IMG/VR virus record: IMGVR_UViG_3300019889_000007
Span: 1 to 64,000 of that record
Length of the DNA: 64,000 nt
Direction: 5' to 3' (one strand)
Source of the DNA: a virus
Part shown: positions 1-12,095 of the stretch, piece by piece
Position numbering within the stretch: position 1 is the first letter of the stretch
Layout of the letters: the number at the start of each line of letters is the position of its first letter
Translations under genes and position numbers: made by a program
The notes under the pieces: generated by a model
Database searches by the model: none
Seen by the model: only the letters and a program-made list of their open reading frames with translations
What the model was told of the DNA's origin: nothing

Positions 1-3000
1 GTGGTCGGGAACAGTGACGACGTGCTGGACGGCCCGGTGTCGATCGTCGAACTGGTCGACGCGACCGAGGGGCCGTGTCACGGGTATCACTGGGAGTTTC
101 GGCTAAGGCACATGATCACCGTAGTGTGGCGAGACGACGGCACATCGAACTGGTTGACCGATGAGTCTTACGCCCCGTTCATCGAACCGGCCTACCACCC
201 CTACGACGAACCGGCGCCCGGTTTGTTCGATATCCGGTGGGAAGCGGTCGCTCCGCCGGTGACCGTGGTCATCAGAGCCAACGGGCTGTCACTGGAGACG
301 GCCACTGAGGCGGCACCGCGTGTGGTCAGACAGCTGGCGGCGTGGAAGTATCTGCCGCCGACGTTGGATCAGCGTGCCCGGCATCAGCTGGCGCGCGTCA
401 TGCGGTACCGGGAACTGGCGGCCCGTGCGGGCAAGTCAGCGATCGACCGTGTGGCGACGCACGGCGACGGCATCACGGCCGACACGGTGGCGTTGATCGC
501 GGACGCGTGGCCGAAGTTGACCGGTCCGGTCAATGTGCGGGGCGAGTTCGGTGACACGGTGCCGGAGTTCGGGCGGCGAGTGCTCGGGCTTCCGGCTGAA
601 GGGCCGGTGACTGTCGAGACCGATCCGGCCGTGTGGTCCTAGGAAAGGAGAGACCATTGAATGTCACATTCCAGTTGCGGCACAGTGACCAAGCCACGTA
701 CTTCGCTGGTGACCGCCTGAATGAACAGCTCACCGGTGAACTCGTCTCCCGGTATAACGACAACGGCATCGTGGTGGTGGACGGCTGGCGGTACGCACAC
801 GATGTTCCGTGCCGCCGGTTGAAGCCAGCGCGGCGAGTCCATGTCTTCTACTACCGGCACGACAGTTACGGCGGCCCGAAGTGGACGTGGTGCAAAGAGA
901 TCAGTAACGAGGTTCATGACCATGCCAGTGGGCTGCGAACGTACCCGAACCAGGAGGCGGCGCTTGACGCTGCCCTGGAATGGCTCAGTTCCCCCATTGT
1001 AGACAACCAAGAGGTAGTAGGTGAGTGACACGATTGCTCTTGAAAACATTTCGAACATCACGGCGTACGCGTTTCAATGGCGCACCCCGACCGGGTTCTG
1101 GTACCAGTTGGTGAACCCGATCGGTACCCGCACCATGTGGTTCGGGACGCGCGGACTGGACGGGCGATGGTCCAGCCGGGCCGTGGAAAACCCCGGCCGG
1201 TTCATGGAGACGGCGCCGAAAAAGGCCACCGAATTCCAGACCGCCGTGGCGGCGTACATGAAGGCGGCGATGTCCGATGACTTACACGGTGTTGCAAGTC
1301 CTGGAGAGTGTCCGAAAAGCACACTTCGAGGCCCAGCATTGCGACGGCCTTCGAGCCAGTTACCCCATAGCGTACGAGCTGGGTCCGTTGGACCAGACAG
1401 TCAAGATGTTGTTGCGCGCCTTGGGGTATCGCTACGGTGCCGAGTCGAACATAGCCGAGCTGTTGCGGACGACCGACACCCCGACCGGTGAAATCCTGGA
1501 ACGCTATCTCCTGTGCGACTGGCAGACGGCTACGTACCAACCGATGCCGGTGCGGTGCCACGAACTGGCGGCGCCGGACTCGCCGTGGTGCCCATCCCAT
1601 ATCGCTGACGCGCTCGACAACTGGCCGCACGCCGTGCTGCCCAAGCGGGTACCGAAGGATGCCACGTGAAGTGCTCCCTGGTGGTGGCCCGCGCCTGGTC
1701 GGCGTGCATCGTGGCGACACTGAACTAGGCTCGTGCCTGGTTGTATATTCGATCTACAAAGGAGAACATGTGTCGACGTGTGAGCACTGCGGTGCCGCCT
1801 CGGACGGGCTTGTCAAGCGACAGCTGAAGTACCGGTTCAAGAAGGCGCTCATCCATGCGGTGGTGGCTTTGGTCAGTGCCGGTGTGGGGGCGGGCGGTAT
1901 GGCGTTGTCGGATGACGACGACGGTGATGACCGTGAGTATGAGAACGTCCAGCCGTACGAGGATTAACGTGGATTGATTCGGTGGGTCAGGGGGCTGGTG
2001 TCGCCTGACCACGCCGTGTTCTATCCATAAAGGAGATACCTATGGCAAGTGGATTCACTCTCAAAGAGCTGGCGAATTTCGCTGGGGTCCGTACCCCGGT
2101 GGCCGAGTCGCTGGGTGCGAAGTGGCTGGAGAACGAGGCCGACTCGGTCGTGTCGGTGTACCCGCGCAAGGGCAACCCGGCGCGGGACGAAGGCATGTCC
2201 GGGGATTCCAGTGCCCGCGATGAGGCACGGGATGCGATCACCGCGCCGGGCCACGCGTGGGCATGGACCATAGTGGCGGACCTGGCGATCTGGAAAAGGA
2301 TTGACTGGCATGAGGTGGCCACCCCGGCGAAGCGGTCGTGCAGTGAGGCCCACGACGAGTGCGACGCCAGCGACAACGGCCGGTGCTTCGCCGGTGAACA
2401 TGTCTCGTGTCTGGCGTTGCCGCACGCTCCGGCGGATCTGGCCGGACTGATGGTGGTCAACGTCGGCCGCACAATGGCCGCGTCGATCGCTGAAGCACTC
2501 GACGAACGCGACGACGAGGCCGCTGACGAGGCGTATTACGACGACGCCATGGAGGACGACGAGTGATCATCAAAGCCAACACCCACCTAAGGACCCTCGG
2601 TGAGTGCGCGGCCGTGGTGATGACCAGACCCCAGACGTACAACGAGTCAGGGGCGATCGTGTTCACCATGTCCATAGCAGAACGCATGTACGAGGTGCGT
2701 GACTACGGCTACCAGGTGCGAGTGGAACCACTGCCCGAGTTGGGTAATGGTGTCCGCATTGGGGTGGCGAGCCGTCGTGACCGCGACGTCGATTACGACA
2801 CCGCCGTGGTGTGGGCGCTGTCGATCATGGAAGCCGCCGGGATTCTTCGGCACACCAAAAACGGACGGCACGACAACACCGGGATGGACGGCAGGCATTG
2901 AGTATGCGCGTCCCTAAAGAGATCGAATGCCTGGTACAGGCGCCGCAACTGCATTTCACGATTGAGGTTCCCGCTGGCGGTAACGCTTACGCGGTGGTTG

Positions 3001-6000
3001 ATCGCGGTGCGACGGTGTCGGTGTTCGGGCCGTCCGGGAAGTTGGTGGGAGACACTGCCGGGCGGCTTGAGGCCCCCGGTGGTGGCCCGCGCCGGGCCTC
3101 GTCGATATCGGCCCGGACGTGGGCGTTCAAGATCCTCCGCGCACATGAAATCGTCATTTAAGGAGACCCCCTGTTGAGTACAGACTTTCAGATCCCTGAG
3201 TTCGGGCACTTGGCCGATATGGTCGAGACCGCTACACCCCCGCAAGGGTCGACGGCGGCGTGCTGGTTGATCGACGTGGCCAAGGCGGTCATTGAAGCCG
3301 CACCGGGAACGGCCAGTGCCGCTATCGAGGCCGTTGATGATTTGTCGGTGTTCTCGGCGGAGAGTGAAGCGTGGGAAATCGCGTGCGACCTTCGCGCGTG
3401 GACGGCGATGTTCGATTCCGATGACGATCCGCGCCGGACGGTGATCGATAACGACTTCAGCGATGCTGTCGGGGATTACGCCATCTATCTGTTGCGGGCG
3501 ATCGCTTCGATGCTGGCGCGGCAGTTGTTCACTGCCATGAATTCGACCGAAGAGTAGGAGTGGCGAGTGGTTTCAGTGACGTCACCGCACTGTGGAGTGT
3601 GGTGACGTTGCCGTGTCTACCCGACACACAAAGGAGTACATTATGGACAAACCCGTGGATTACCGGGTGATCAAAGCCGCCGGACAGTTCTGGCGCACAC
3701 CCCGAGATCACGTCAACTGGCAGGTGGAGAAAGCGCGCGAAGAGGGCGCCCCACAGGATGCTTACGACCGGCACGAACTCAGGTCCGCCACCGCGTTGGT
3801 TGAGAAGTATGGCTTCCCGATAACGGATCGCGCCAAGTATTTCGTGACTGATGTCAGTATCTGGCAGAAGTGGCCGGTGCCGTTCGCTGACGCCGAGATC
3901 GCGCCGAAGATCGATGAGATCCTGGCGGGCATGCCGCATATGCGTGGCGTCGACGTGCCGGAGCATGTGACCGCGAGCATCGTGGTCGGCTGCGGTGCGA
4001 TCGGTTGGTGTCCGTGGTGGAGTGGCTACGAACAGAATTGGACCGTTGCCGACGAACACGACTATCAGGCGCCGGACGGGTGGATCGTCCATCTGGAGCA
4101 CACCGACCCCGACGACCCTGACGCCGTGCCGGAGGTCAAAGTGATCACGCACGAGAAGATCATGCGGGCAGTCCGGCTGATCACCGACCCCGACAGTGGT
4201 GTCGGCAACGGCGTCCAACTTCGCGACAAGTGCTACGAGTTGTTGTCCTCACCGGAGGACGCTGATTTCGATGCCGAGGACGCCGACGCGGTACTCCAGA
4301 TCGTGGCGTTCGGTGAAGGCATCTACGGATAACCCCCCAAGGAGAACCATTGGACGCCGAACAGATCATCACCGAAATCTATGCGCACCCCCGTGCCAGT
4401 GACCACGTGATCCTACGAAACATCGTGGCAAAACACGATCGTCCGTCGTACGGACCGTTGACCGAGCATCAAGCCAAAGCGGTGATATATGCGGTCGAAC
4501 AGATCGCGTACACCGCTATCGAGCACCTGGCCGATTCCCGAACACCGAAAGAATCCGATCCGTGGCGGGCAGCGGTAGTGCTGGCGGCGTACGCGGTCCT
4601 CAGGATCGAGGACGAAGATGCATTGTGGGACTCCCACAACACCCATCCCGAGGATGGGTTCGGGATAGACAAGCAGGTCAGAAACGTCATCCGGTATTTG
4701 GCGCACGCTATCAGAGCGTTCATGCTCCACGATTAGACAGCGAGATTCGATGCAGACAAAAAATGTTTCCACTATGGATGTTGCTGAGGCGGTGCTGACG
4801 GCTTGGCGAGTCGCCAAAGCGTATGAACCCGCCCCTGGCAAACGAATCCCCAACACCGCTGAGCACCTGAAAATGGAACTCGTCGACGTCCTGAGCGACA
4901 TGGGATTCGACACGTGGCTGGCCGAGGAAATCGTCGTTAAGGTTAACGACGATCCGGAGCTGACACTGCCCGCAGCCGTGGCTCAGTGCAGTATACCGAT
5001 CACCGTGAAATGGACGGTGGTGACCAAATATGAAGCGGTCATCAACGCCCAACAGCACGGCATAACCCTGGCCGACTTGCAGGCGAACCCGTTCAGTGAA
5101 GAAGCGTTCGCCGTGTACGCCGAACTGGAACGCGACAATGGCGCGCGGTCATCCAACTGGTCCATCACCGACGCTTCTGCCAAGGCTGCCGCTGAGGACG
5201 AGGCAGTACAGCATCTGATCAATCGGTGGTAAGAAGACAACCGGTGGCCGCCCGGTGCGCTAGAGCGGCCACCTCCCCCCACCACAACAGACAAGGCAGC
5301 ACATGACTGAAATCAGGAAAGTCGGCGTCACGACGACGCCGACAAAGTCGCTCGGTCTCGACGGGTACAGCGAATCGGTCGAGGTCATCAAATTCGACGA
5401 CGGAAAACCAGACGTGCCGGGCCAAGGGTTCTACTACCGGGTGATGGTGGACACCGACGACGCACCACACCTGATCAAAACCCCCTCGCACGACACTGAC
5501 GGTGAGCTGCGGATGGTGGCGATCGCCGGGACCCTCGGGCTGGGCGACCTGCTGAAAGTCCACGGCCGCGACTACATTCTGGTGACTGCCCGGACCAGTG
5601 TGCCCGAGCTGATCGCCGCCACAGAACTCAAGCGTGGCCACACCGAGGACATGTGGAACTCATGGGTCAACGACGAACTCGTCGAAGGTGGCCCGGCCAT
5701 CAGCAACGACTCCGCGAGCGAGCTGGGGGAGGCGTGTGACGCCGGGGTGGTAGACGTGATGATCGATCACGCGCCGCCACTGGGGACCGTTGGGCTTCGG
5801 TCCTGGAGCGTGGAGGATTTCCGGCGCGTGGCCATCGCCTGCCATGTTTCGTACCGGCCCAAAACAGGACCGGGCGACGGCGGTAAGGGGTGGGGTTACG
5901 ACATCATCGCGGTCGATTTCCTCGAAAACCAGTATCCGGGCCTGACGAAAGACACGCGGGTGACGCTGGACTTCGCGGTACTGGACGACGTCGGCCGACG

Positions 6001-6780
6001 GGTCGCGGCGGGTGAGAAAGAGCAAGATCAGTCGCTGTGGCTGGAGTGCGGTGCCTGCGGCGATCTGCATCATTTCGATCCGAAATCGGTGCGAAACGAG
6101 CGTTGAGCTGGTGGGTTTTCCGTGGCGCCAGGCACCTGGTGTGGCTGGCGTTCGCGGTGAATCGATCCCCCAACAAAAGGAGTGGCCATAGTGGAGATTC
6201 AGATCAGGGACGAAGCGCTCAACGAGTTCGGTCGCGGGCTGGCCGAAGCGTTGCCCGGCGAGTGGGTATTCCAAGAGGATGAGCACGGCAACATCGCCAG
6301 GCTGTGCGGCCCCGGCGGCGCCATCCTTCTGTTGGACGGCCGCAAACCGCTCGGTAAGGTCACCGTGTCCACTAAGGCGTACATGTATGTCCCGGAGCAC
6401 CTGAAGCGACACGTATCGATACTGAACTTGCCGTCTGCGTCGGCGTCACTGTCGCCGGGACGTTCCTGCGCCTCTCTGGCGCGGGACGTGGCACGCAAAA
6501 TACTTCCCACAGCAGTCGAACTGAACGCGGAGGTAACACAACGCGCCACTGCGGCCCGGACCCACCTCCAGACCGAAGACGCCCTGTGCGCCCGGTTGGC
6601 GACCATAGCCAACCCTTACGTCGACAAGCAATACAACGTGGCTGTCGATGCCGGTGACTGCTCGGTGAGCATGACGTTGCGGGTCACCGGCGGGTCCGTC
6701 AACATCGACTACGGTTTGCTCGACGCCGACACAGCGGTAGCCATGGTGGAATGGCTGAACCAGCGCCGAACGGACCGGGC

Positions 6781-7086
6781 ATGACCGCGATCACCGGGAA
6801 AGAACCCAAACACTGGCACGACGAGAACGGTCGGCATCGGATGCCGGACCCGCGTCAAAGCTTCGGCGATAAGTGGAAGGTCGCCACGGGCGACTACACC
6901 GACGCCGACGAACGGGCCTACGTGCGGCACCTCATAGAGCATGAGCCCGGAGCGGTCGCGGTGCGACTGCCTGGTGACAGCGACCAGATCACGCAGATGT
7001 TCAACTTCATTGACAACTGCGAAAAGCAGATCGCCGTCTTGCACAAATTGATTACGACGATCCGGGAAAGAGACGCCCACAAGTGA
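6781..7086 (+). CDS. Hypothetical protein, N-terminal HDxxGxHRxPxPxQ motif
   Basis: ATG overlaps the stop of 6182-6784; motif shared with 7647-7952. Confidence 0.6.
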   Translation: MTAITGKEPKHWHDENGRHRMPDPRQSFGDKWKVATGDYTDADERAYVRHLIEHEPGAVAVRLPGDSDQITQMFNFIDNCEKQIAVLHKLITTIRERDAHK

Positions 7087-7646
7087 GTACCCGCGAGTTC
7101 TATGCGGCGCGGCGCCGCGCGGCCATTACCAACAGCATTGTGACCGCCGGTGACCGTGCGGTCGTAGCGGTGTGGGAACGGGCGGACGGTATCGAGCTTC
7201 GATCACCGTGCTGCGGCGCACCGACGCGAGTGCTGACCGACGCCATCGCGCCTGCCCTGGTTGTACATTGCGGGCGTGCGATGTCGCGCCGCAAGGGAAC
7301 ATCGAACACCGGTGGTTGCCGCCGGATCTACGCCGTGGTCGTACGTGACCATGATGCGGTATGGACATGGAGCGGCGGGTACGACGGCCAGTGAGCCGGT
7401 TCAACTATTCGCAAGTGGTCATCGATGCGATGTTGTCGACGCCGGATATCTGGGATGTGGTGCAAGTGGCGGCGCGGCGCTGGCAGTTCGAAGCCGATGG
7501 CGCGACCGGCCTGGCCGGGCAGTTGCGGGAGTTCGCGACGGTGGCGGCCGAAGGTGATGCGGTGATGACGGGCAAGTTCGCGGCGGTGGATTGGCCACAC
7601 GTCGCACAGTCCATACTGGACAGAATCGAGTATTGGGACAAAACGA

Positions 7647-7952
7647 ATGACACACATTAAAGGCCAGCACGATGCCAACCTCCACGACACCGACGGGAAC
7701 CACCGGCTACCGCACCCTGGTCAGCGATACCACGACTGGCTCGGCGACTACGCGGTGTCCGGTGCCGGAGTGCAACGGTGGGACACCAGCGCACCGATCT
7801 ACAAAGAACAGATGACGGCGCATTTTCAGGCGCACCTCGACCAGGGCGACATCCTGACGCACGCCGACTGTGCGGCGGCGTCGGGCTGCCACGCCGAACC
7901 TGGTCGGCCGTGCCGGTTCTGCGGTACACAGGTCGGCGGTGACCAGGAATGA
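7647..7952 (+). CDS. Hypothetical protein with C-terminal Cys cluster, related to 6781-7086
   Basis: Shared N-terminal motif; C-terminal CAAASGCHAEPGRPCRFC. Confidence 0.6.
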   Translation: MTHIKGQHDANLHDTDGNHRLPHPGQRYHDWLGDYAVSGAGVQRWDTSAPIYKEQMTAHFQAHLDQGDILTHADCAAASGCHAEPGRPCRFCGTQVGGDQE

Positions 7953-9219
7953 GCGCCAGTGACAGGCCCATGGAGTTGGGGCCGAACTCCGGTCCCCGCC
8001 TGGCCGCGACGGCATGCCCGATGTGCGACACGGCCGGTGGCTTGTCCATTGTGTCGCGCGAAGTATTCGCTCTGAACGACGAGGGCAGCGCGTCGCTGGC
8101 CGGTAGCCGGGAAAAGCGGGTCGGGCATTTTGAGCGCGTCCCGGTGATGCAGTGCAAGGAGTGCGGCCAAGAACTGGTGGGCGGCTGGGACGAAGCCCGC
8201 GAGAACGTGGTTTTCGATGATGCGGTGACGAGATGGAGAGCAGACAATGAACCCGGACAGAATGAGAGTGTGGCACCCTAAGCACGCCGGGCGCCCCTTG
8301 GCCAATCCGTATATTCGGGCGCTGATACCAGACTATGTGGAGCACCTGGCGATCGCCGACTCCAAGAAGGTGTCAACGACGCAGGCCGCGCAAGCCCGGT
8401 ATGTGGCGGCCCTTACCGAAAACGCGTTGGAAACACTGATCGATGCGCACAACCAGGTTCATGGCCTGGACCATGAACCTTCCACGGTGATCAGCGAGAT
8501 GGCCGGGCATTACGTCAAGAATTCCAAGAGTGACCGTGCGCATTGGAATGAGAGCACGCGGAGGATCTTGTCTAGAGGCCCACTCATTTCCGGGGCGCCT
8601 CGGATACGAATCAAGACGGTGCGAGAGCTGATCGATGAGGTTCTGGAGCCCGAGCTGCGGGAACTGGCCGACTTGATTCATCAAGAGGACATTGAGGACG
8701 AATACCGGATTAAGCAGGCCCGGTACCTGGAGCCGGGCGACGAACTGAATTTGCAGTTCGACCTAATCGCCGACCGCGAGGGCGACAACGTCCTGTACGG
8801 GCTGGAGACGGTGACGGTCGCCAAAGTGGCATCTGGCGATGCGTTGTTCTCGGTGAGGGTGACGTTCACCCACGATGAGGTGGTGGTGTTTCCCGGTGAG
8901 CACCGGGTGCGACTGGCTAAGACCGGCGGCAAAAAATAGGGTTGTGCCAAGTGTTTCGTTGCCCACCACCGCTGGTGGTGGGTTTCGTGCCTTTTGGATT
9001 CCCGAGGGGCTGTTCCGGTTAAGGAGGACACCATTCCGAAGTACGACATTTTCACCGAAAGAACCCAGACGGGCCGCGTCATGATCGAGGCCAAGGACGA
9101 GGCGGCAGCGGAAGCGAAGTTCGAGAAGCTGACGGGCACGCAAATCGATGAGCAAATTGAGATCACCGAATACGGTGAGTGGGAATTCGAGTCCGTTGAA
9201 GACGCCGAAGAGTAGCGAC

Positions 9220-10119
9220 ATGATCACGTTCGTGTGGATTGGTGTGGATCGGACGTTCGAAGTGCGCACCGTACCCGCCGATGAACCAGTCGATGCTGTT
9301 GATGACATCGATCGTTGGTGGAATGAAGAGGTGTTCGGGTCGGGTGACCTGGAACCGCTGCCACCGAGCGACCCCGCCAAGGATTCCATTGTGAACAAAT
9401 TGGCGGCGGTCGTGACGGGCACGTGGGACAACCCGCGTCAAGGCGACCAGCTCTTGACCGGCCGCGACCCCGACAGCCCCGAAGCCATCGTGTCGGTGAC
9501 GCCCGATGTGGTGGCCAAGATTCGCCAGGCGGCGGCCATTTTGGGCTGGCGCGAGACAACGAGAGGACAACATATGGATGACACCGTGTACATGGTGATC
9601 GATGTGGAAACCAGCGGCACAGAGACCACGGACTCTGCTCTGCTGGAGGTGGCGTGCTGGGCGGTCGACGAAAACCTGGTGCGGTTGGACGAGAAGGGCT
9701 TCCACGCGGTCATCCATCACAACCGTGAGCTGGCCGATGTCGTGCGGAAGCAGGCCGTACCGGTTGTTCAGGACATGCACGACGCCAACGGCCTGTGGGC
9801 CAAACTGCCCAACGGGGTGCCGTTGGCCGAGGCGGAGGGAGCGCTATTGGCCTACATCAAGCAGTTCGCGCCACGACCGCGTCAAGCCATGATTGTGGGT
9901 AACTCCCCGATACTGGATTCGAACTTCTTGAAAGCGTTCATGCCGAAAGTTCACGGCCACCTGCATTACCGCTTCATCGACGTTTCCACATTGGAACATG
10001 TTTCGGTCAAATGGCTGAAGGAAAAACCGTTCCATAAGGACGCGCAGCACACCGCCGACGGCGACGTCGCGCAGTGCGTGGCACAGCTGCGTCACCTACG
10101 CACAGTGATCAAACCGTAG
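9220..10119 (+). CDS. orn: Oligoribonuclease-like DEDDh exoribonuclease (core from ATG 9574) with an in-frame N-terminal DUF3846-like segment
   Basis: VIDVETSG, VQDMHDANGL, VGNSPILDSNFL, LHYRFIDVSTL, HTADGDV match Orn motifs; RBS GAGAGGA precedes ATG 9574. Confidence 0.85.
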   Translation: MITFVWIGVDRTFEVRTVPADEPVDAVDDIDRWWNEEVFGSGDLEPLPPSDPAKDSIVNKLAAVVTGTWDNPRQGDQLLTGRDPDSPEAIVSVTPDVVAKIRQAAAILGWRETTRGQHMDDTVYMVIDVETSGTETTDSALLEVACWAVDENLVRLDEKGFHAVIHHNRELADVVRKQAVPVVQDMHDANGLWAKLPNGVPLAEAEGALLAYIKQFAPRPRQAMIVGNSPILDSNFLKAFMPKVHGHLHYRFIDVSTLEHVSVKWLKEKPFHKDAQHTADGDVAQCVAQLRHLRTVIKP

Positions 10120-10154
10120 AATAGAGTCCGCGCGGTTACACCGCGCGGACTCTC

Positions 10155-10227
10155 GCGCGCCTAGCTCAATTGGCAGAGCACCGGTCTCCAAAGCCGGGGG
10201 TTGCAGGTTCGAATCCTGCGGCGTGTG
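10155..10227 (+). tRNA. tRNA-Trp(CCA)
   Basis: Acceptor GCGCGCC/GGCGTGT, D arm TAGCTCAATTGGCAGAGC, anticodon arm CCGGT-CTCCAAA-GCCGG, T arm GCAGG-TTCGAAT-CCTGC; no encoded CCA end. Confidence 0.95.
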
Positions 10228-10282
10228 CGTCGGCGACCGAGCCCTCGGGCGCCGGTTCAATCCCCGATTCAAAGGAGCCGAC

Positions 10283-10618
10283 ATGTTCGGTCGCAAGAAG
10301 AAGAAGGCCGCTGCCGCACCGACAAGGACGGCCACAGGCAACTCGGGCCGGTCACGGCAGACCACAACCACGGACCCCATGTACTCCTTGGGGCATCCCC
10401 TGGCATACCTGCCCGATGCCACATCCCCGAGCGGTCCGACTTCCGAACGGGCCTGCGAGCCCCCGGCCGACCCGTACACCGGTGGAGGCTCTTCGGGCGG
10501 TTCATATTCCAGCGACTCTGCGTCGTCTTCATCGTATGGTGGGGGCTGCTCCAGCAACGACTCGTCGTCCTCGGGCGGCGGGTACTCATCCGGCGGCGAT
10601 TCCGGCGGCGGATACTGA
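10283..10618 (+). CDS. Small protein with basic N-terminus and Ser/Gly-rich low-complexity tail
   Basis: RBS AAAGGAG; MFGRKKKK...GGGSSGGSYSSDS...GGGY. Confidence 0.7.
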   Translation: MFGRKKKKAAAAPTRTATGNSGRSRQTTTTDPMYSLGHPLAYLPDATSPSGPTSERACEPPADPYTGGGSSGGSYSSDSASSSSYGGGCSSNDSSSSGGGYSSGGDSGGGY

Positions 10619-11210
10619 TCTTCCCGGCTCACCGAAGGTGTCCGTCTCACCCGAGGCGGGCACCTTTGTCATGAAAGGACAGTGAGGTGCCTTTTCTTCT
10701 CATCGTAGGATTTCTGGTGGTCTATATCCCGGTCCAAGCGTGGACGTTCATGCTGGTCATCGGCGTGACGCACGGTGAATGGCTGCCGATGCTGCCCACG
10801 ATCGGGTACTGGTCGGCGCTGGCGATCACGGCGGTAGCGACGTTGTCGATCAGCGGTGTGGTCGGGGTGAGCAGGGCGCTCAGCGATGGTTGAGACTCAC
10901 GCTGTCCCCGATGATGTGGTGATGCGGCAACCGGTGATGGTGATCCGTCTGCATCCGACGGCTTCTGAGCCGTTCCACGTGCATAAGAAGGGCTGTGCCC
11001 GGCTCCGGTTGTATCAACGGGTGCCGACCAAATCCACCGAGTACGACCCGGAAACGAAACTGTCGACGGTGGTGACGGACATGTGCGCTGACCTGATCAA
11101 CGAAGAAGTGACCGCCGGGGCCGACTGGGCTGAGACGGTCGCTGAGTACTTTGACCAGTTCCGGGTGTGTATGTGTGTGACCACCCGTCGGGTGGTCGGC
11201 AAGTAGTGGG

Positions 11211-11295
11211 CGCGTGCCGCGCCGGGGTCGGCTTGGCGCGGCACGCTTCTGCGGGTGACATGCAGCGTCTCCAGTCTAGAGACGTTGCTTTTTGT
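11211..11295 (+). terminator. Tandem hairpins; the second is an intrinsic terminator
   Basis: GCGTGCCGCGCC..GGCGCGGCACGC, then GCAGCGTCTC-CAGTCTA-GAGACGTTGC followed by a T-tract. Confidence 0.65.
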
Positions 11296-11658
11296 TTAAT
11301 CACGTCGAGAATAGTTGGAGACTATTGTGGACAATATTTTAATTCTGGTGGTGCTGTGCATGATCGCCGGTGCGGGACTACTCGCACTGATCCTGATACC
11401 GATCATGCCGAAGGTCCGCCGCCGCTGGGAACGCCGAGCGGTGGCCCAGGTGACCGAGGCCGAACAGGCCACGGCGTACTTTGAAGACCTCGGTAGTGAT
11501 ATCCAGAACCGCCGGTTGTACTGACCTGTGTGTTTGGCCTGGTTCACGCGGCTTTTAGGGTGCCGCGTGGGCCGGGCGATCCACATAGATCCGCAATGGA
11601 GCGTTGCGTAGTGGGGGTAGGGCGAGCAACAATGTGCCCCTACCTCTAAGGAGCGCTC

Positions 11659-11883
11659 GTGGAGATGCTGACTGGTGTGCCCGGCGATGTCGTGGCAGCG
11701 ATTCCCGATCGGAGATTGCGGCAGATCCGCAAACGGCATGTGCCGTATCGGACTGCACCGGGCCGGTTGCTGACCTGCCAGGGATGTTATGACCATTTCG
11801 GGCTGGGCCGGTGGAAGTGGCCGTGCCCGACGTTCACGACAGCCAACGAGGCATTGCGACACCGAAAGGACGTAACTGATTGA
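11659..11883 (+). CDS. Small H-CxxC-WPC putative zinc-binding protein
   Basis: RBS AAGGAG; RH...CQGC...WPCPT. Confidence 0.65.
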   Translation: MEMLTGVPGDVVAAIPDRRLRQIRKRHVPYRTAPGRLLTCQGCYDHFGLGRWKWPCPTFTTANEALRHRKDVTD

Positions 11884-11969
11884 CAGGTAAAGATGACGGC
11901 GGCGGGAATCTCCTGATGTGGGCGATGTGCCTTTTGGGGTTGTCGCTGTGGTTGCTGTTGTGTTGGTAG
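11880..11969 (+). CDS. 29-aa hydrophobic membrane peptide (not in the ORF track)
   Basis: TTG overlaps the upstream TGA, RBS AAAGGA; MTGKDDGGGNLLMWAMCLLGLSLWLLLCW. Confidence 0.45.
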   Translation: MTGKDDGGGNLLMWAMCLLGLSLWLLLCW

Positions 11970-12024
11970 TAGATATGATGGGACGTACCGCTTCCGCCCT
12001 CACCGGGGCAGTGGTGCGTCTTTA

Positions 12025-12095
12025 GGCGGGTTGGCCGAATGGTGAGGCGACGGATTGCAAATCCGTTAAAACCGGTTCGATTCCGGTACCCGCCT
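12025..12095 (+). tRNA. tRNA-Cys(GCA)
   Basis: Acceptor GGCGGGT/ACCCGCC, U73 discriminator, anticodon arm ACGGA-TTGCAAA-TCCGT, T arm ACCGG-TTCGATT-CCGGT; no encoded CCA end. Confidence 0.95.

Larger units (their letters stand above)
1..9215 (+). other. Cluster of roughly 20 short co-oriented hypothetical phage genes (early/accessory region)
   Basis: Consecutive plus-strand ORFs with AGGAG-type RBSs and start/stop overlaps (e.g. 657-1028, 2042-2566, 2563-2901, 3174-3557, 3643-4332, 4350-4736, 4750-5232, 5303-6106, 6182-6784, 7083-7394, 7949-8281, 8247-8939); no family recognised. Confidence 0.7.

Noticed and set aside
10228-10275. Second tRNA after tRNA-Trp (GGTTCAATCC T-loop-like motif)
   Set aside because: No D arm, anticodon arm or acceptor pairing can be built.
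10155-12095. tRNA genes as prophage att sites
   Set aside because: No duplicated tRNA 3' end was seen, phage-like genes lie on both sides, and the recombinase is about 29 kb away.
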